DNA of 64,000 nucleotides from Podarcis gaigeae (Eukaryota): NCBI GenBank assembly GCA_964106915.2, contig OZ066918.1; one strand, 5' to 3'. A model generated the notes under the pieces. It was not told where the DNA came from. It made no database searches and saw only the letters and a program-made list of their open reading frames with translations. Below, piece after piece: positions 48,344 to 61,154 of this stretch. Each line of letters opens with the position of its first letter. The first letter of the stretch is position 1. The translations under genes and the position numbers were made by a program.

Positions 48344-51151
48344 CTAAAGTGTATATAATACCTAAATAAGGTCCAGAAAAGTAAATCCAAATACACTGCC
48401 AGGCAAACACGTAACAAATCCCTTCCCAGTTGGGCTGGAACTCCCTGAATAGGACAGTTTTCATGTGTATGCATGTGGTTCCTCCTTAGCAACAACTGGT
48501 ACCAGAAACATTGCAAGAATTCAAACCCTTTAGATTCTGGTTTTATAATAGTCTGCTGGTATGGCTTTGTTTTTATATTGTTGTACAATGTCCTGCTAAA
48601 AAAATTTCTGAAGTTAAAATGCACTTTGGTCTTTAAAGCATGAACACACTCTCACTCGTTACATTATGAGGTTATCAGTGCTATCTACAATCTCTTGACT
48701 TGATAAGTTTTTTTGGCTTAGGTTGCATATTTAGTTCAAACTACACATTAGGTCTGTACACTCCCCCCCCCCCTTTTCACTTTCTTACTCATCCAGCACG
48801 GTTGCAGTGTGACAAATAAAGTCTGCTTCATATGCTCTCTTAAGGCCATGTACGTTCCCAAACATTACAGATGCAGGTACAATTTCAGCCACACACAGGA
48901 ACTGTGGACGCTTGGTCCTACAGGGCAACTTCCCATTTGTAAAGCTTATGCCAGAGCTTACTGATTTCATCCTTGAAGCATGGTTGCTGAACTGATTGGT
49001 TTGCTTAAGAGCCTTGAATAGGCATAAACCTGCTACAAAGCAATCTTGAAGCAATCTTGGCAAATATCTGAAATCTCTTAGATAGTAATCTGAAATCTCT
49101 TAGATATGGCCCACACTGCTCTTCTAGTAGCTCTGACAAGAAGCAAAGCTGGAAAAAACCTTCACATTTCTAGCAACTAGTTTCAGATTTCTAGGTGACC
49201 AGATTTTTAGTCCTGGAAGAAGGATATTCAGATTCCTAGGCAGCAGCATCTAATTTCTGGTGACTAGATGCCAGGGATTTCATTAACTGTTGGGAATGCC
49301 CAGACAAAGGGGTTACTAACAGATCAAATAGATGGGTGCCACAGGGCACTGAATGTTCTCAGAACAACTGATGGTGCAGTACTGATGAAGGAATGCAGAT
49401 GGGACTGATCACACCTACTTGAATAGTAGACCTATGTAAAAACAGGTTACAACCCATACATAGATTGTGTGAATTGAACCTTAGAAATTATTTACCTTTT
49501 CATGACAATGCATCGTAAATTAAACATTAGGTGTGGTAGATACTCCAGATCTGGAACACTATAGCATCCAACTCCTTTTCTCTATTCCCCCCCTTTAATT
49601 TTAGTTCAATTGACTAAGCCAACTACAATCAAAATATCAGCCTTGATAAGTATCATGCTTATCAAGGACCAGCAGTTTACATTTTAGAGATGGGGAATTT
49701 TTTTGGTATGGACCTGTCAGCTCAAATCAGTGGGCTCTGAATTATCATATTTTGTATGAGCAATGGTTGCAGGCCATAAGGGTAAGCTTTTTGGTTACAC
49801 TTGTGATTCTCCACCGTGTACATAAATTCCACAGGTCTAACCAGAGCTTGAAGTTTTACTGATAACATACTTGATATTGTAGTGGTGCTGTAACAAATAA
49901 TGTCTAGATCCTCTAGACATGGTGCTTTTGGTTTTTTTAAATGTCTACCATGGTTGTGTGTACAATCTGAAAATCTTTTTGGTTTGGAAAAAATTACATA
50001 TATGTGAATTCTTCCGTTTACCCTTAGTTGCCTATGATTCTGGTCGTACAGAAATGTAAACGTGGAATTCATCCCAATTATATCACTGCAGCTACTTTTT
50101 AAAATGTTAGATGTGTATGCCAATCCAGGGATTAAAGAGCATTGGAAGAGAACACTCCTGCACTCATGGGGCTCCTCCATTTCTCCACCTTTCAGATTAT
50201 CATCACTCTCAATAGTACAGAGAACTTGTTAGGCAAAGTGGGGAGCAAGAACAGGGTGTTTGGACAACATCTGGCTCCTGCTTCTCACACATACACCAAT
50301 GTGATTGGTGTTATATTAGTGATTAAAACTGTTGTCAAGTTATCCAGATCTGGTACAGCAGCACTATGTATAAAATGGGTGCTAGATGCAGGGGCCCCTT
50401 TCTCCTCTGCCCGGGTTAATAACTGGTGTCCTTAAAATCAGTGGTAATTTAGCAAACAGCAAGTCCCATTGATTTCTGTGGGGCCCAAGTAAGCCGAACT
50501 TGTTCAGAGTTGTGGCTCTAATCTATGATCCTGCAAACCCTGGAGGGGTTTTATGAACATCTCTGAGACTGTGCCAGCATGATTGCATTTTAGATTATAC
50601 CCCCATAACTACCACTCAGCAATGTTGGTCACATGGCAATGCCATTCAGACCATTTCCCCAATCTTTACGCCCATTGAATCAGCTGGAATTATAACATTC
50701 TTATAAAGTGTATAAGAAGAGTGAGATTTCAACCCAGTCATTCTATTTTTAAAGCAAACAAACTTTGTAAAAAGAAAAAAAAACCCACCCATATGCTGCA
50801 TTTTTGTTAGCTCAAAGATTATGATTAGTTCAAACAGAAGATATGTAGGGATTGTAAATAATCTAAAGTCAATATTATACCATCATTTTGTACCAGCAGT
50901 TTTCTGCTTCTTGAATATCTATAAACATTAAATTGTTATGGTATTTTTGTGTGCCTTAGATTTGCATTTTGAAATCTGTATATTTTTTGTGAGCCTAAAA
51001 GTTATTAAAAATAACAGCTGTTTATACAGTAAATAGGGTTGTGAATTCCTCCAGTACTCATCTGTGCAAGGCTGGGTTGATTTTTAGTATTGCTGTCTAT
51101 ACAATCTTTCTGCAGAAAGGACTTTCCTGAAAGGGTTACCAGCTGCTTATA

Positions 51152-51332
51152 TAGTCATACCTCGTGTGTGACTTTCAGGTTTCGCCGCTCACGCATGTGC
51201 AGACACACAAAATGACGTCACGCGCATGCGCAGACACGGTGAATCGTGGCATGTGCAGACGCGGATTGCGTTCTGCTCATGTTGCGAACAGAACTCCGGA
51301 ACGGATCCTGTTCACAACTAGAGGTACCACTG
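51152..51332. mobile_element. Tc1/mariner MITE with CpG-rich interior
   Basis: Right TIR GAGGTACCACTG followed by TA. Degenerate left TIR tagtcatacctc preceded by TA. Confidence 0.8.
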
Positions 51333-51598
51333 TATAGGGAACTTTAATGTCACTCTGCCACAGTTTTACCCAGTTCAGAAATTTAAAGAAAACCCAGCTT
51401 ACAATGCTACTATAGCAAGAACATCTTTGTTCTTGTAAATTTTGCTGTGTAAAATTTGCAGTGTACACATTACTACAGATACAACATTGATGAATGAATT
51501 TCCCTGTGATTTTTGGTAAACACTGTACCACATACACGCTTTATGTAAAGTTAGATGGTTTAACTAATAAACATCACCAAAAGCTTAAGATCAGGATA

Positions 51599-51955
51599 AA
51601 AGGTAAAGGTAAAGGACCCCTGACAGTTAAGTCCAGTCGCAAACGACTCTGGGGTTGTGGCGCTCATATCGCTTTACTGGCTGAGGGAGCTGACGTTTGT
51701 CCGCAGACAGTTTTTCCAGGTCATGTGGCCAGCATGACTAAGCCGCTTCTGGTGAAACCAGAGCGGCACACGGAAATGCCATTTACCTTCCCGCTGGAGC
51801 GCTACCTATTTATCTACTCACACTTTGACGTGTTTTTGAACTGCTAGGTTGGCAGGAGCTGGGACCAAGCAATGGGAGCTCACTCTGTCGCACTGACCTT
51901 CCAATCAGCAAGCCCTAGGATCAGTGGTTTTAGACCACAGTGCTACCTGCGTCCC
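51599..51955 (-). mobile_element. Sauria SINE (antisense to TET1)
   Basis: (AAAGGT)n tail on + strand and head ...ccacagtgctacctgcgtccc. 13-bp TSD taagatcaggata/taagagcaggata. Confidence 0.92.
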
Positions 51956-54900
51956 TAAGAGCAGGATAGACCCATCCAATTAGGATATCTCTTAACATCT
52001 CTGTGAACTGCATAGTTTTGACATGGCTACTAGTGGAAAATGTATTGTTCTATTTGGAGAAGAAAGCAGGTCTTAAAATGACAATGCTAAATAGGAAAAC
52101 CATATGTATTTAAAATGTAACTTATCAACCTGATGCTAAATCCATTACTTGGAAGTCCCACTGATTTTAATTAGTCCTGTTAATTTCATTGGGCTGTCCT
52201 TCCATATAATGAGTTTAAGATGGAAGTGCATGATCCTTTTTAGCAGCTAATAAAACTTTGTTAGATTCATCAGGCTACCAAAACATTTAAAATATATTAT
52301 TGAAATTAAGAAATAAAAGTGTTTAATCTGATTTCAGTGGTATATTTTAATTATTTTTGAATAAATTTATGAAATACTCTTGCTTATTACTGTTACACAT
52401 AGAATACAATGTAGCCAACTACATTTTTATAATATCTGATTTAACTGCAGTTTTAATAGCAGATGGTATCAACCATGCATGCGATGTGCAAATTGGCAAC
52501 TACTTACTGTATATACAGCTGTGTGCTATTTATTGTAGCATTTCAGAATATTTATCATTTTTACATAGAAATTGATGTAATTTTGTGAATGAGCTTATAG
52601 CTACAAAGGTTTGTAATACTATTGTCTTGTAATAGTGATTCTTTGGGGCTGTAACAAGCAGCAAAATCTTCAGACTGCTGTAGCAACACAAATCCCTTTT
52701 TAAAGCAGTTTAGTCTAAGATTCTCCCTATTGCTTTCATTGGTGACCTTCCATGCTAGCTAGTTCAGGAGCCTAGAGACAAGGAAATGAAAGGAACGGAA
52801 TGGTAAAAGATGCATGCTTTCCTTGATTTGCTATAACTCCTATTGATCAAATTATCAGTGGCTTTGGCTCTGCAAAGTGCTTGAGATACATAGATCACAT
52901 TTTGGTCCTGTGAATTGTGGTATTTTGTTTTATTAAATTCCTAGCTCATCCAACCGATTTCTCAGAAAAAAAAATGTTATTGACAGTACAGTGAGGTTTG
53001 TACATGGTGTATAGTTGGCTGATTTGTTAATATGGGGAGGGTCTCAGGTGCATAAAATCTGTGTGTTCTCCTTTACTAGTTCAGACTAGGAAGCTTAGAG
53101 CCTAGCTTTACCATGCTCTACAAAAACTCTGCTTGTATTATCAAGTCTCTCCATTGAATGTTTTTGCTTTTAGTGCTATCTTGCTTAAGGTTCCACAAAC
53201 TGTTCTTGCTACCTTGGTGCACCCTTAAACTTCCTACTTGAAAGCATCCCTGCATCAGCAACAATCTGAATTAAAAACAGGATGCTATCTAGAACAGGAT
53301 TTCTTAAAACATGAAATTCGGGACTTGCAGTTGGGTCACCTAAATGTGTAAAAAAGAGACCCACTTTCCCACATAATCATTCTTCTTTGATTTGCTACAG
53401 ACAGTTACTATGAAAAGTGTTCTATGCTTAACTGGGTCAGAGTTCTACCAGGAGCAGAGCACAACCTGGGATCCATTCCCTTGAGTTCCGCCAAAGCAGT
53501 CCAGCTCTGCTTTCCCTAGAGGGGTTGGCAGAGGACTACCATATCTCTTTGTTAGAGAAAGATATGGAAGCTCACTGTTGTTGCATACAAAGTCCAACAT
53601 AATGCCAGCACTATTTAAAAAGAGGTTGCTATAACTCACTTAGCCCTACAGTTACCTGTATGTTACCATAAGGCTGTATCATCCCAGTAACTAGACAACT
53701 CCCTGACTTCAGAATTGTACAGCTAACCGTGGTCCTGACCATGCCAGGAGAGTATTGCTAGCAGCCAAGGTAAACATGACTTTTGCCGGGAGAGTTACTG
53801 GCAATGCACTCCATCAACATGGCAGACATTACTGCTGTACCCAGTCCCTGAGCCACAGAGTCATACTTAAGTGGCTCTTGAGTTGTCAAAGTCAGGTAAT
53901 TGAAGAACAGCTCTTAAGAGGTATGGGAGGCTTCTTGTCTACCCAAAAGCTTACCACAATAAATCAGTTTTCACCCTATAAGCAGATGTATTCTCCTATA
54001 ATCCACATCTTCATCTTACTCCCCTTTTAAGTGTAATTAACCAAGTGTTGTATATTGATAGAATTGAATTAAACCTTCAAAAATACACACCACACACACA
54101 AAATAGTGCTGTTGCAGCTTTATGTAGGACTCCATGACTACCACAAGTACTGTTGCAGCATGAAAAAGTGTTCTCTAATGTAATGAGCTTCAATTTAATG
54201 AACATAAGCCTCTTCTCAAAAGCTGAAAATAAAGACAGATTTTCATTTATAAACACCAGTTCTTTATGTCCGTCTTGCAGGGTGAAATGGGCATTTGGAG
54301 TATAAATGAAAAGTATTCCTCCAAGGGAACAAAAATAAAATAAATCAGTTCTGCAATCAATTAAGGATTCTTTCTTTGAAGTTTTTCTTTCTTTTACTGC
54401 AGGCCAAGTAATAACAATTATGTGTTGGTTTCAGTTTTGAAAATTTGAGGATGAAGCTAAGCAGATCTGGCCCTGGTCAGTGCTTGGGCGGGTGACTCCC
54501 TAGGAAGCATATTCAGTATCTTGAGTTCCGTAACAGAAGAAAAATGTGATATTAAAATAAACATATTTTTATTATCCAGAACATAGGTTTGCAGCTGTAG
54601 ACATACCTTATCCAATTCCTTCTGTAAGAAAAAACAGGGTGACTGACTGATTTGTTCCATGGGATGGTAGGAGTCATAATACTAGCAGAATGTGATAAGA
54701 CTGAATCATTTCAGCATTTGGCAAATGTTTAATTGAACAGCTATGTTACACACTCCTTGACCTGCTGAGATAGCTTTAATAGCATTTTACCCAACTTCAT
54801 TCCCTGTTGCAAATCAAACAGCATTTGTAGAAGGTAATTTTCAGTTAATTCTAATAACAGTGGTAGTTAACATGTGTTCACAAATAACTATAGGATTGAT

Positions 54901-55682
54901 GCTAGAAAACAAAATAAATTGCCCAAACCTGTAGTTGTGATATGTAAAAGTTCACAAATGAAGGATTTATAGCCAATTATGTGATTGGAACTCTAGGAAG
55001 TGGCTATTTCGTTTGTCTATAAGCAAATTAGCAATTTGCTGAACTGTTTCTATGTGCAGGCCATTGCAGCCATCATTTCAGAACCTCAAAATGTAATCAT
55101 GAAATTGAGCAAAAATCTACTAGTTGTCTAAAAATAGTTTCATTTAGCAAACAGCACTATAAATGAGAATTAAAAGTTGTAGTGGCATAGGCTGCAAATA
55201 CAAACTGGCTTGAGAGGCACCTGAAATGTTAGGGTAATCAAAGATCATTTAAAAAGAAGCCTAGTGTTACAACGCTATGTAGCTACACAGACACGCTTTA
55301 ATTAAGCAATTATGATAGTTGGGTTTCTGCTATATAGTATATCAATATTTAATAAATGTTTGCAGTTTAGCAAGACTATACAATGTTCTTGCATTTGTGA
55401 ATGCCATTTTAGAGTTATAGCAAAACATGGCAGCTTTGAGATTCTGTCTGTTGTGTCCTTCAATGCTGAATGTAACTAGTGCCCAAGATGTTGAAGCCAG
55501 ATAGGCTGGTAATGCTTTGTAAAATATTACAAATCTAATGTTCATTGTAGTTGCAACAAAACATTTTGATGTTAGACATTTTAAGACCTTATAGTTCCAG
55601 TTTTTGAAGTGCTGTCTTTTTTCCTTTTTTAATAAATCTTCACATTGCAAAAATATGTCAGAAGTACAACTGTGATCTAGAG

Positions 55683-55818
55683 CAGTGTTTCCCAAACTTG
55701 GGTCCCCAGCTCTTTTTGGACTACAATTCCCATCGTCCCTGACCACTGGTCCTGCTAGCTAGGGATGATGGGAGTTGTAGTCCAAAAACAGCTGTAGACC
55801 CAAGTTTGGGAAACACTG
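55683..55818. mobile_element. hAT (Charlie-type) palindromic MITE, 136 bp
   Basis: TIR CAGTGTTTCCCAAACTTGGGTC / GACCCAAGTTTGGGAAACACTG. Perfect 8-bp TSD atctagag. Confidence 0.95.
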
Positions 55819-57244
55819 ATCTAGAGGACCTTCTTGCCTCAAGTTTCAAAAGTAGCTTGATCAGGAGAGTAGGGGAGTTGGAGGAATGCTGTTTAGAAAA
55901 GCAGAAATGCTGCTGTGTGAATAAAGGGGTTTACTATATTATGGCTATGGTAATCAGAAACCAAGGGTGCAATCTAGTAAAAGCTGCAGTCTTAGGCATA
56001 TTTATTCAGAAATGTACCACTGAATTAAATTAAGTAAATTTAAGAATGCAGTTATGCAATCTAATCCAGTAAATGTTTACTCATAACTAAATTCTACTGA
56101 GTTCAATGAGGATTACACGGGAGTAAATTGTGCACAGGACTACAGCCTTGGTGTCAATAAAATCAGTGAGGTTATAGAATAACTTTATGCATATCTACTC
56201 AGAAGCTAGCCCCATTGAGTTAAAAGGTGCTTTCTTCCAGCTAAATGTGCGTAGGCTTAAGCATGTTTGTTTGGAAGTGAATTAGATTGTGTTCAGTGGG
56301 ACTTCCTTTCTAGTATGCTTCTGACTAAAAATGCATAATCAGGTTGCATGTCCCATTGATTTCATTAAGAATTAGTTGTGACTAATCTCACCGGATTGTA
56401 TCCAAAATGTAATACATAAAATAATCACAGCAGACATGTTCAAAAATTCAGTTTCAGTAGCCTAAAAACAAAAATAGGAAAATGCATTATGCTCAAGCAG
56501 AAGAAACTTGAGCTGTTGTTGACTAATATTCCCTGTATTGTATTGTTTCTTGTGTGTAGTGTGTTGTTGTTTTTTTAAACTGGGGTGCATACAATATTTA
56601 TTTTTCAACAGATATAACTTTGATTTTGGTGGATTTTCCCTCTAACATTCTACTGTATTTAGATGATCTAGTGGTTGAAAAATGAAAAGGCAAATACATT
56701 TTTATCATTTACCATTATTTTAAGTTACTAATAAATGGGAGGAAAGCACTTCACTATTTCACAATACTTACAGGAAAAAGGATTAAAGCTACTTCATTTC
56801 ATTGGGTGGGGGAAAATATATTTGAATATTCTCTGCAGACAAGGGAACGCTTACCAGCAGTACTTGAAGACGTAAGTTTTGACTGCATGTTACTTGAAAG
56901 ATCTTACTAAGCTACTCTTTTTGGTGCACAGCAGTTGTTGTACATTATTTCATGTTTATGTAGCAAGATGCATTTAAATTGTATTGAAACATATGTGTAA
57001 AAATTATTGTTGTGGAGATGGTCTGTTCTGGTTTTTTGTTTTTGTTTTTCTTGGTTTTTTTCTTGTATGTGTCATATCTGTTTAAACTTTTAAATGTTCC
57101 TTTAAAAATGTCCTAAAAAGGCAAGATAAGTTGCTGTCATTGAAAATATATTTTAAATTTTTGTCATGATTTTTTTTCCAAAAAAAAAAAAATTATTACA
57201 AAGTGTATCATTTCTGATAACACAGAACATTGTGGATGGTTTCA

Positions 57245-57300
57245 AATAAATTTTATACTTCTATTTTGCACTTGATTGTCTTAATTTTTTATTTTCTATA
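57245..57300 (+). terminator. TET1: Candidate distal polyadenylation signal of TET1
   Basis: AATAAA at 57245-57250, upstream TGTA (~57206), CA about 20 nt downstream, then a U/GU-rich element. Confidence 0.55.
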
Positions 57301-57559
57301 TTTCTTCGGCATTTTCTCTTCTGAAGGATAGTACACACAGCAAAGGAGCACTTTCCATTCATACAAATGCATCTTAGTAATAGCTTGAAGCTACAGGTAA
57401 GATTGCCCTTTCCCCACTTTTATCTGCTCCTGTGCTTTTAACAGCAGTTTCATCTGCAGGCATTAGCAGATGCAACTAAATTCCACCTCAGTGTCTGGAG
57501 TGGAAGCTACTCCTAGTGATTTCTGCATCTGAAGCTCCTGTTTAAAGGCACAATTACTT

Positions 57560-58150
57560 TAGGAACTTAAAAAACAAAGAATTAAAACATAAGACATAAG
57601 AAATAAAGCAAACACAAAATTAGCCTAAAAACAATTTGCAGACTATTTAAATCCTTGGGAAAATTAAAAGGGCTTCATCTGGTGCTGAAATGACACACCA
57701 GGCAAGTTCTCCTGGGGAAAGCATGTTGCAGTTAAGGTGCCACCACTAAGTAGGCCTTTACTGCTGTAGTTACCCACCACACCTCAGTTGAGTATCTTGG
57801 TATACATGCAGACAAATGTGAAAACAAGCAGTGTTAAAGTATCCTGGAACCAAGCTTTTGGAAATCAAAACCAGCACTTATGCTTTCCAGGTATAATGTA
57901 TTATAGCCTAATTGCAGTTTCCAAAGAGTCTTCAAAGGGAACCCAATATATTATAGCACATTAATCTGTTATTAGCAGGTAATCAAGTTACTAGGGCATG
58001 GATTGCTGAGGTCAGGGTATCTCTGTCCATGTAAGCGGCTACAATAGAGGTGTCCTGATATTGTTATCGTTCCAAACTGTGCCACAGGGGCAGTGTGTAC
58101 CTCCAAAAACACAGATGGGTCAAGGAGCACCCCAGACTCTAGCTTGTTTC
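57560..58150 (-). mobile_element. Degenerate L2 fragment
   Basis: A-rich tail and ggggaaagcatgttgcagttaaggtgccaccact, the reverse of the L2 'VAP.LWN' region. Boundaries approximate. Confidence 0.45.
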
Positions 58151-59219
58151 TTTGAGGGGGTGAAGCCCATTCTAGTGAAGTATTACTAGTATTAGTAAAA
58201 TATTACTCACCCAGGCAGTTTTCTACATTTCTAAATAGAGAGGAGTGTCATCTGTATTTGAAGTCACCTCAAAACATGTTGGGAGACATGGCAGAACAGT
58301 GCAAGGTCCCATAGCAATAGATGGCAATAAGTGGAACTGTACCTCTCTAGCACCATCTTCTTTCCAAACTCTGACCCATCCAGCCTGTCCAGGACATCAA
58401 AAGCCAATGCAAAGTTCAGAAGAATCAACAGGATTATTGCATAGTACGCCACTCTTTAAATATTTTAATTTAAATTGCTTTTTAGCTTTGGAAATATAAG
58501 ACAGGATATGGTTTCACTGTTGGAAGTTTGTGATTAACAATGTTCTCTTCTGTCTTAATTGCTTAATTAATTTTCACACTTGCACTATTCTATTGCACAG
58601 AAACTAAACACAATTGATCAGTTATTTTGGATTATTTTAGGGGAGGAAACCACAAATTGAAACCTTGTTGATTCCCTAAGGGTGACTTCTTTGACAGAGG
58701 AACCAGCTGCTTGTCCCGAAAAGCTGTACTATTAGGCTTTGTGGCATTTATATTGGCTGAGATTTTTTTCATCTGGTACAGCTCCTCTGCCGTTAAATAT
58801 CTGGCAAAAATAAGCACATTTCGCAACTAATGCTTGTTTTGGGAAAAGCATATGTGTCTCTTGTAGCTAAGTGCTTTCAAAATAAAACCGTATTCCTGTT
58901 GCTGATACAGTAATTAATATTGTGGCAGAAATCAGTGTGGTTTGTTCTTTTGTTGTCGTCTTGTGGCGTTTAGTTCTGTTTATTTAGTCCACAGAACGCT
59001 CAACACTGGATAACCCACCAGCTTTCATTTAAAGTGACATTTCTAACTGTACCTGAAATAATTAAACTACAGTATTGGCGGTTGGAGAGAAAATGTGAAG
59101 TATTCCCGTGGCGTGACACTGCGCATTTGAGCACTGGAAATTTATAAGATTGGTCCAAACATATAAATATTAAAGCAGTAACATTTCGTTTTCTATTTTG
59201 GGCTCGTGGTTTTTCAACG

Positions 59220-60400
59220 CTTGGGGTGCATTCTGAGCTTCAGGTAGGCAGCGAGCGTCAGGAAGCGTTTCTGTTTGCCTCATGGCAGCGCAGAATCTGA
59301 GGCGCTTCTTTAGGCCCGGACCTTTCAACCTCGACATTCCCTCAAGGTGCCTACTCTACAGTAAGATGGCGCTGCTGTTATGACCCGCCAAGCAAAGTGG
59401 CGACGGAATACGACGTAATGCAAATCGAATGACGGCTTTCCTCATAGGATTCTTCGCTTCTCGATCGTTAGGGGAGGGGGGCTTCCCTTGACGCATGCGC
59501 GCCGTTACTTCCCTTCCTTGTTTTGGAGACGGCGACCCCATCTTCCCGGAGCACGTGTACGAGGGAGGGGCGGGGAAATCTCACTTCGAGACGTCACCGA
59601 GGTGCGCGGCGCCCGAGTGAATCGCCCCCTCCAACCCGTCCTCGCTCGCGCTCCACTTCGACGCATGCGCCGTGCCTCGATTATCCGTGTGCGCGGGGTG
59701 TCGGAGGGGGTGGGGAATGTGCCGGAGGAGTTTGAAATGGCCCCTGTGAGTCCTCATTCGGCCCGCGCCAGGTAAAGGGTCGTCGGGGTTGAGGCGCGTC
59801 AAAGGCGCCGAGGCCGGGTTGGCCGTTTCAGAAGTGACGAGCCTTGAGGTTTCCGACAGCGGCCCTTGGGCGGGCTGGGCAATGCGAGAGAGGGAGGCTC
59901 TTCTCCCGGGCGGCAGGCAGGCCTCTGCCCCTCATTGTTGTTGCAGGAGGAGGAGGAGGCGCGTCTCCCGCTCTGCTTTCTCCTCGGGTCCCTGTCCCTC
60001 CACCTGAGGAGGAAGAGCGAGCGAGCGAGCTGGCTGGCAGTTTCGCCCTCAAAGGCCTCTTGTCTGTGTCTCCGCCCGCCCTCCATCCACCTCTTCTCGC
60101 CCCCCACCCCGCGTGCCTCGCATGCATGGGGAGCGCGAGAGCCACCCAATAGTTACTTCTTTGTTTCACTCCGTGAATTTCCTCCACTCGCATTCTCTCG
60201 TTCCTTATTTGTAGGCCTTGTTTGTGTCGGTCCCCCCCCCCCCAACGTATCCCATTAAATACAATATATCTTCCATCCTGCCGGTGAGGTTCACGCTGGA
60301 CAATTGGACGTATGATTGCTAAGAAGCGAGTCGGACTGAGCTCAGTTAAGCTGGCTGTCAGGTGCTCGCGACCTCAGTCTGCCTACGTGCAGGTTTCTAG
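59220..60400 (+). promoter_or_regulatory. CCAR1: CCAR1 CpG-island promoter
   Basis: Dense CpG. YY1 AAGATGGCG 59363-71, octamer ATGCAAAT 59418-25, NRF1-like CGCATGCGC at 59492 and 59662, E-box 59552-57, GC box 59567-75, TTTGAA 59731-36. Confidence 0.88.
59700..59771 (+). other. CCAR1: CCAR1 non-coding exon 1 (5' end approximate)
   Basis: Donor CAG|gtaaag at 59771/59772 inside the CpG island. The gtttgaaatggc segment resembles mammalian CCAR1 exon 1 (recalled). Confidence 0.6.
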
Positions 60401-61081
60401 TGGACGTTGCTTTTTCTCTCTCCCGTGCTAACTTCTCGGGAAACTTCCGTTTTCAAGAGATTGCTTTTTATCTTTATTCTCCGAATACATATTGCTTTGG
60501 AATGCAGTCTCCATTTCTGTCTCAGGCCTAAGTGTTTTAGTATACCTGGTATTTTCCCCTGCTCTTTCGCGCAGCAGCTCCAGTCGCTGGACTCCCCTAG
60601 GTTCACAATCGCTGATATTTACAGTGCAAAGACCTGTTCTTTAACTGCGGTGCCATTTTAAAGTCTGCAAGTCAATTAAACTTCTGTGAACAAAGCGATA
60701 GCGTTGCTTTTGGTAAGGTGCCATATTATGTTGCAGATGCATCCACACCTTGAAAGATGAGCTTCTAGAAGTCTTGGTTACAGCTAGTATTGAACTTTTG
60801 TCACAAACCAGGTTTTTTATGCATTTACTTAGAACATCCAGGTGTTTATTTGCCTATGACTTTTGTGCAATCCTCCCCAACCAAAGGTTAGTTTAATAAT
60901 TGTACTATTGTTAATTTACTTTAAAACGTTATTTACCACATCATGCGTTGAAAACCACTCTGTCTAATCTGGAATAGACTTGCATTAAAATAAAGTGTTA
61001 GTGTGGTTTTCATAAAGTTATTTATTTTGATAGGTCACAGTTGTAGAAGACTAAAACAGCAAAAGAATTTTGTCACTCGCC

Positions 61082-61154
61082 ATGGCTCAGTTTGGAGGAC
61101 AGAAGAATCCCCCTTGGGCTACCCAGTTTACAGCCACTGCAGTATCTCAGCCAG
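61082..61154 (+). CDS. CCAR1: CCAR1 first coding exon (exon spans 61034-61154): MAQFGGQKNPPWATQFTATAVSQP
   Basis: Kozak gccATGg, recognisable CCAR1 N-terminus, donor CAG|gtcagc (phase 1). TET1-CCAR1 synteny is known in mammals. Confidence 0.95.

Larger units (their letters stand above)
45604..57270 (+). other. TET1: Putative long TET1 3'UTR (~11.7 kb) with alternative poly(A) sites
   Basis: AU-rich blocks with miR-29, miR-26 and Pumilio motifs spread to 56.9 kb. Proximal AATAAA at 46486, distal AATAAA at 57245. The extent is inferred. Confidence 0.55.

Noticed and set aside
49038-49106. Short direct repeats (11-bp and 19-bp units)
   Set aside because: Simple slippage duplications, not CRISPR-like, with no sign of function.
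59356-60258. Multiple ORFs on both strands in the CpG island
   Set aside because: Expected stop-codon depletion in GC-rich promoter DNA. The CCAR1 start codon is at 61082.
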